This document shows, piece after piece, positions 60,829 to 64,000 of a DNA stretch of 64,000 nucleotides. Each line of letters opens with the position of its first letter. Within the stretch, counting starts at the first letter, position 1. A program made the translations under genes and the position numbers. The notes below the pieces were generated by a model. It was not told where the DNA came from. It worked only from the letters and a program-made list of their open reading frames with translations, and made no database searches. The stretch spans positions 62,001-126,000 of the forward strand of contig NIVC01002985.1 of the NCBI GenBank assembly GCA_002269645.1, read 5' to 3'. This stretch comes from Macrostomum lignano (taxonomy: Eukaryota).

Positions 60829-62211
60829 CCAATTTTTATCAGAGTGTAAATCTGCATCCTCCCAATGAATTTCAAATCCTGGGCAGGAAAAGAACCTGTA
60901 TTAGAGCGGTAATTCATTTAATCTGATAAAATTGAATGCGTTTTTAAAGGAATAAAGAGTAGATTTCATTCAACCGGCAATCAATCAATTTTGATTGCAT
61001 TGTATCTGATGAAATGACAATGCGTGTCGAACAAGCCCAAAAACGCCCCCAGGTTACAAATATGGACATCTATTGAAGATAGAATTAAAGACGTTGGCTT
61101 TTTATTGCTAAAAAATTTCGACCCAAATTTGCTAAAAACGTTTGCAGAATTCTAGCTATTAAATCTTGAAGCGTTCCAGGCAAATTTGAAGGTTATTTTG
61201 TCAGCAATATTTTGCCCGCAATCTAGCCAATCAGCACTGGTAGAACGATTTTTTTCTAGTCGAGCGAGCTCAAACACTTTCTGACGGAAATGTAAGTCCA
61301 GTTTTGTAAGTCCAGGATGTGACAAATTCGCAGGTTTGCATCGAGAGTGCAACAGCAGATCCCGGACACTGGGGGGATGAAAACATTCAAAAAATTCATT
61401 TTTGCTTTGCTTTAGGATGTACTAATGAATTCGTCTTAAACAATATTATAAAACATAAAAGTCGGCTTTTAATAATAATAATGACATACCTCACTAGCCA
61501 TCCGACTGCATGACATGAAGCATACATTATTCCCAATGCAAGAGTATTTCAATGGAGGCTTTCAACTTCCGATCTTCTTTCTATCTCGCAAGCAACTACG
61601 GATGAAAGAACACGAATGCTGTGTACCTTCCTGGGCACTTCCGGCAGTGGGGGACAGCGGCATCAACTAGGGAAGAAGATGGCACAACTATGAGTATCTC
61701 CCCTAACCCCACTGCCTCAATAAACGGTCCCTAACGGCTTCTGAGGCTGATCCCACTTCCCAATCTCCCAATCTCTCTGAAGAGTCTAATTTCCTCTGCG
61801 GAGCCGCGGCGATGGCGTTCATTTTTCATTCATCTCTCCTCGCCTCCACCGCGCTGGAGTCGCCTGCAGCCTCATTCTTCAAGTCCTTTCCGCCCAGATC
61901 CGGCCCCAGATCCTCCAGAGCTCGTGATCCCCTCATAGCCCCAGAAAATCCGCGTTGATTCATTGTTCCCATCAAAAGGGTCCCCAAAAATGCTTCTGCG
62001 AAAAATCTGTTCCAGTCGCTTCCTTTTTGTCTACCGGCGCACGGCTCTCCTAGGAGAAGAGGCAACAAGAAAGGGAAGATGCGCTTTACTATAGTTCATG
62101 CTCTTTTTCATTTGTTCCTATTCTCGACAATGAAGGAATGAAATCAGTTTACTAGTCTTTGTCAATTCTTTTAAGGTGATAATGGCCAAAGAGTTCTGTG
62201 AAGTACAAGTA

Positions 62212-62845
62212 GACAAACTGTACATGCTCACAGTCAGAGACATTAGACAAACTGCACATGCTCACAGTCAGAGACATTAGACAAACTGTACATGCTCACA
62301 GTCAGAGACATTAGACAAACTGTACATGCTCACAGTCAGAGACATTAGACAAACTGTACATGCTCACAGTCAGAGACATTAGACGAACAGCACATGCTCA
62401 CAGTCGGAGACAGATAAATTACACATGCTCACAGTCATTGGACAAACTACACATGCTCACAGTCATTGGACAAACTACACATGCTCACAGTCATTGGACA
62501 AACTACACATGCTCACAGTCGGAGACAGATAAATTACACATGCTCACAGTCATTGGACAAACTACACATGCTCACAGTCATTGGACAAACTACACATGCT
62601 CACAGTCATTGGACAAACTACACATGCTCACAGTCATTGGACAAACAGCACATGCTCACAGTCATTGGAAAAGCTTCAAATGCTCACAGTCATCGGACAA
62701 ACTACACATACTCACAGTCATTGGACAAACTACACATGCTCACAGTCATTGGACAAGCTACACATGCTCACAGTCATTGGACAAACAGCACATGCTCACA
62801 TTCATTGGACAAGCTACACATGCTCACAGTCATTGGACAAGCTTA
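62212..62845. repeat. Minisatellite with a 34-bp unit grading to a 28-bp unit (TTGGACAAACTACACATGCTCACAGTCA)
   Basis: Visible tandem units. Confidence 0.93.
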
Positions 62846-64000
62846 CAAATTCTCACAGACATTTTATAAGCTTCACATGCTCATAGCTAGAGACTACTTC
62901 AGGAGGTTCCTTGCCTGGAAACTTCATAATTATACAATTAGCTCTCAATTACAATTAGTTTTATTATCATAATTGTAAGCAGTTCAGTTATGCAACTTCC
63001 AACCGCAAAATAGACTGGTTGCTCATCAAAGCTACGAACAGCGATATCCCCGCATTAGACCCGGATCCTTAGTCTCTACTCTCGCTGTTGCATCCTTGTA
63101 CAGCTGCATCTGTCTCCCAACTCATAATGCGAGTCCAATATCGCCCATGCCTAATCAGGATTGAGTCCTGCAGTTTTCTGCTCACGCCTAATGCTCTGAA
63201 TCCATGCTGCATACTGGGCAGAGTAGAGAGTCGCAGTCAAGTCCATTACAGTTCCTGAGATGCCCTCCTCAACAGTCAGTCGCTCGCCATTGGCCTCCCG
63301 GACTAGCGGTCCCCCCTCACGATTCTCCCCATTAGACCGACGATCTAGCATGCCTCATCTGCTGCGCAGCGCATTCTGACTCAGCTTGAGCAGACGACTC
63401 AGCCAGCCATGCTCGGCGGCACTAACGGTGCTGGAAGACATCCAGTTTAGTATTTTAGTCAATAGAATCGCTTCAAACAAAGGTATTGCTAAACACTACA
63501 AAGTCAGAACGCCAAGTCTGCTTCTCTCACTCGTCTGGTCATTCAATTTCTAGTCTGGAGTCCCAGTCCCGAACTCTTATAGCCGTACCCCAACCTAGAT
63601 GGACGAAGGTCCATACTACAGGGATATTGACCATAGAACTGCCAGAGGACCAAGACGATCATTTTCCAGGTGAGTGAAACTGATTATCGCATTATAATAA
63701 TCTGATATAACAAATACAGTTGATGGATTGCTTAGTAAGTTAGCATAAGTAAGGACTTCTGGATTTATCGCTGGAGTTTACTCCCATCGAGGAGGCTATT
63801 AATAATCGTAATTCTATTGTAACGAAACCTGTGTCTAGCATCACACAGAGTGTACAGACGTACTGTTTTGACCTTCTCCTCATCAGGTAGAGTACGAATA
63901 CACACTCAATGCTTTGTAGTTGGCCCTCAGGCCCCCAGAGGGTCAACCTTTGATGGGTCACCTTGCTTCCTCAGTAGCTCTGGGTCGACAGTAGCCTTGA

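Noticed and set aside
61560-64000. GC-richer patches with short ORFs (61826-62068, 63151-63351) that might be retroelement gag or RT remnants
   Set aside because: No diagnostic motifs (YxDD, CCHC knuckle, D(S/T)G, PBS/PPT with LTR) could be identified, and the frames are interrupted by stops.

Overview
Eukaryotic (metazoan) genomic DNA with GT-AG introns, low-complexity poly-Q/poly-A coding tracts and abundant minisatellites. The style resembles a free-living flatworm such as Macrostomum, but that is inference, not a database result. Four spliced protein-coding genes were reconstructed by hand with phase-consistent splice sites. (1) A 13-exon receptor guanylyl cyclase (- strand, 4472-17142, ~1112 aa). 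(2) A 12-exon BPTF/NURF301 orthologue (+ strand, ~20710-37280, ~1996 aa). (3) A 4-exon short-form BET bromodomain gene (- strand, 39160-42944, ~696 aa), tail-to-tail with BPTF. (4) A 2-exon orphan two-TM protein with a long disordered tail of RPxTA repeats (- strand, 51852-54931, ~864 aa). The window starts in the 3' end of a Penelope-like retroelement (CCHH linker plus GIY-YIG endonuclease), followed by a minimal type I hammerhead ribozyme at 1017-1054. Intergenic DNA holds several non-autonomous DNA transposons with visible TIRs/TSDs, two of them nested. The most striking window-wide pattern is that 20 of the 26 introns of the first three genes carry tandem arrays, mostly with intron-specific units. 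These include a ~1.08-kb (ACTA)n branch-point/QKI-like array, an array of ~19 sense AATAAA signals in BPTF, and a 28-bp unit shared by BPTF and BET. Most ORFs in the supplied track are repeat-derived or antisense artefacts.
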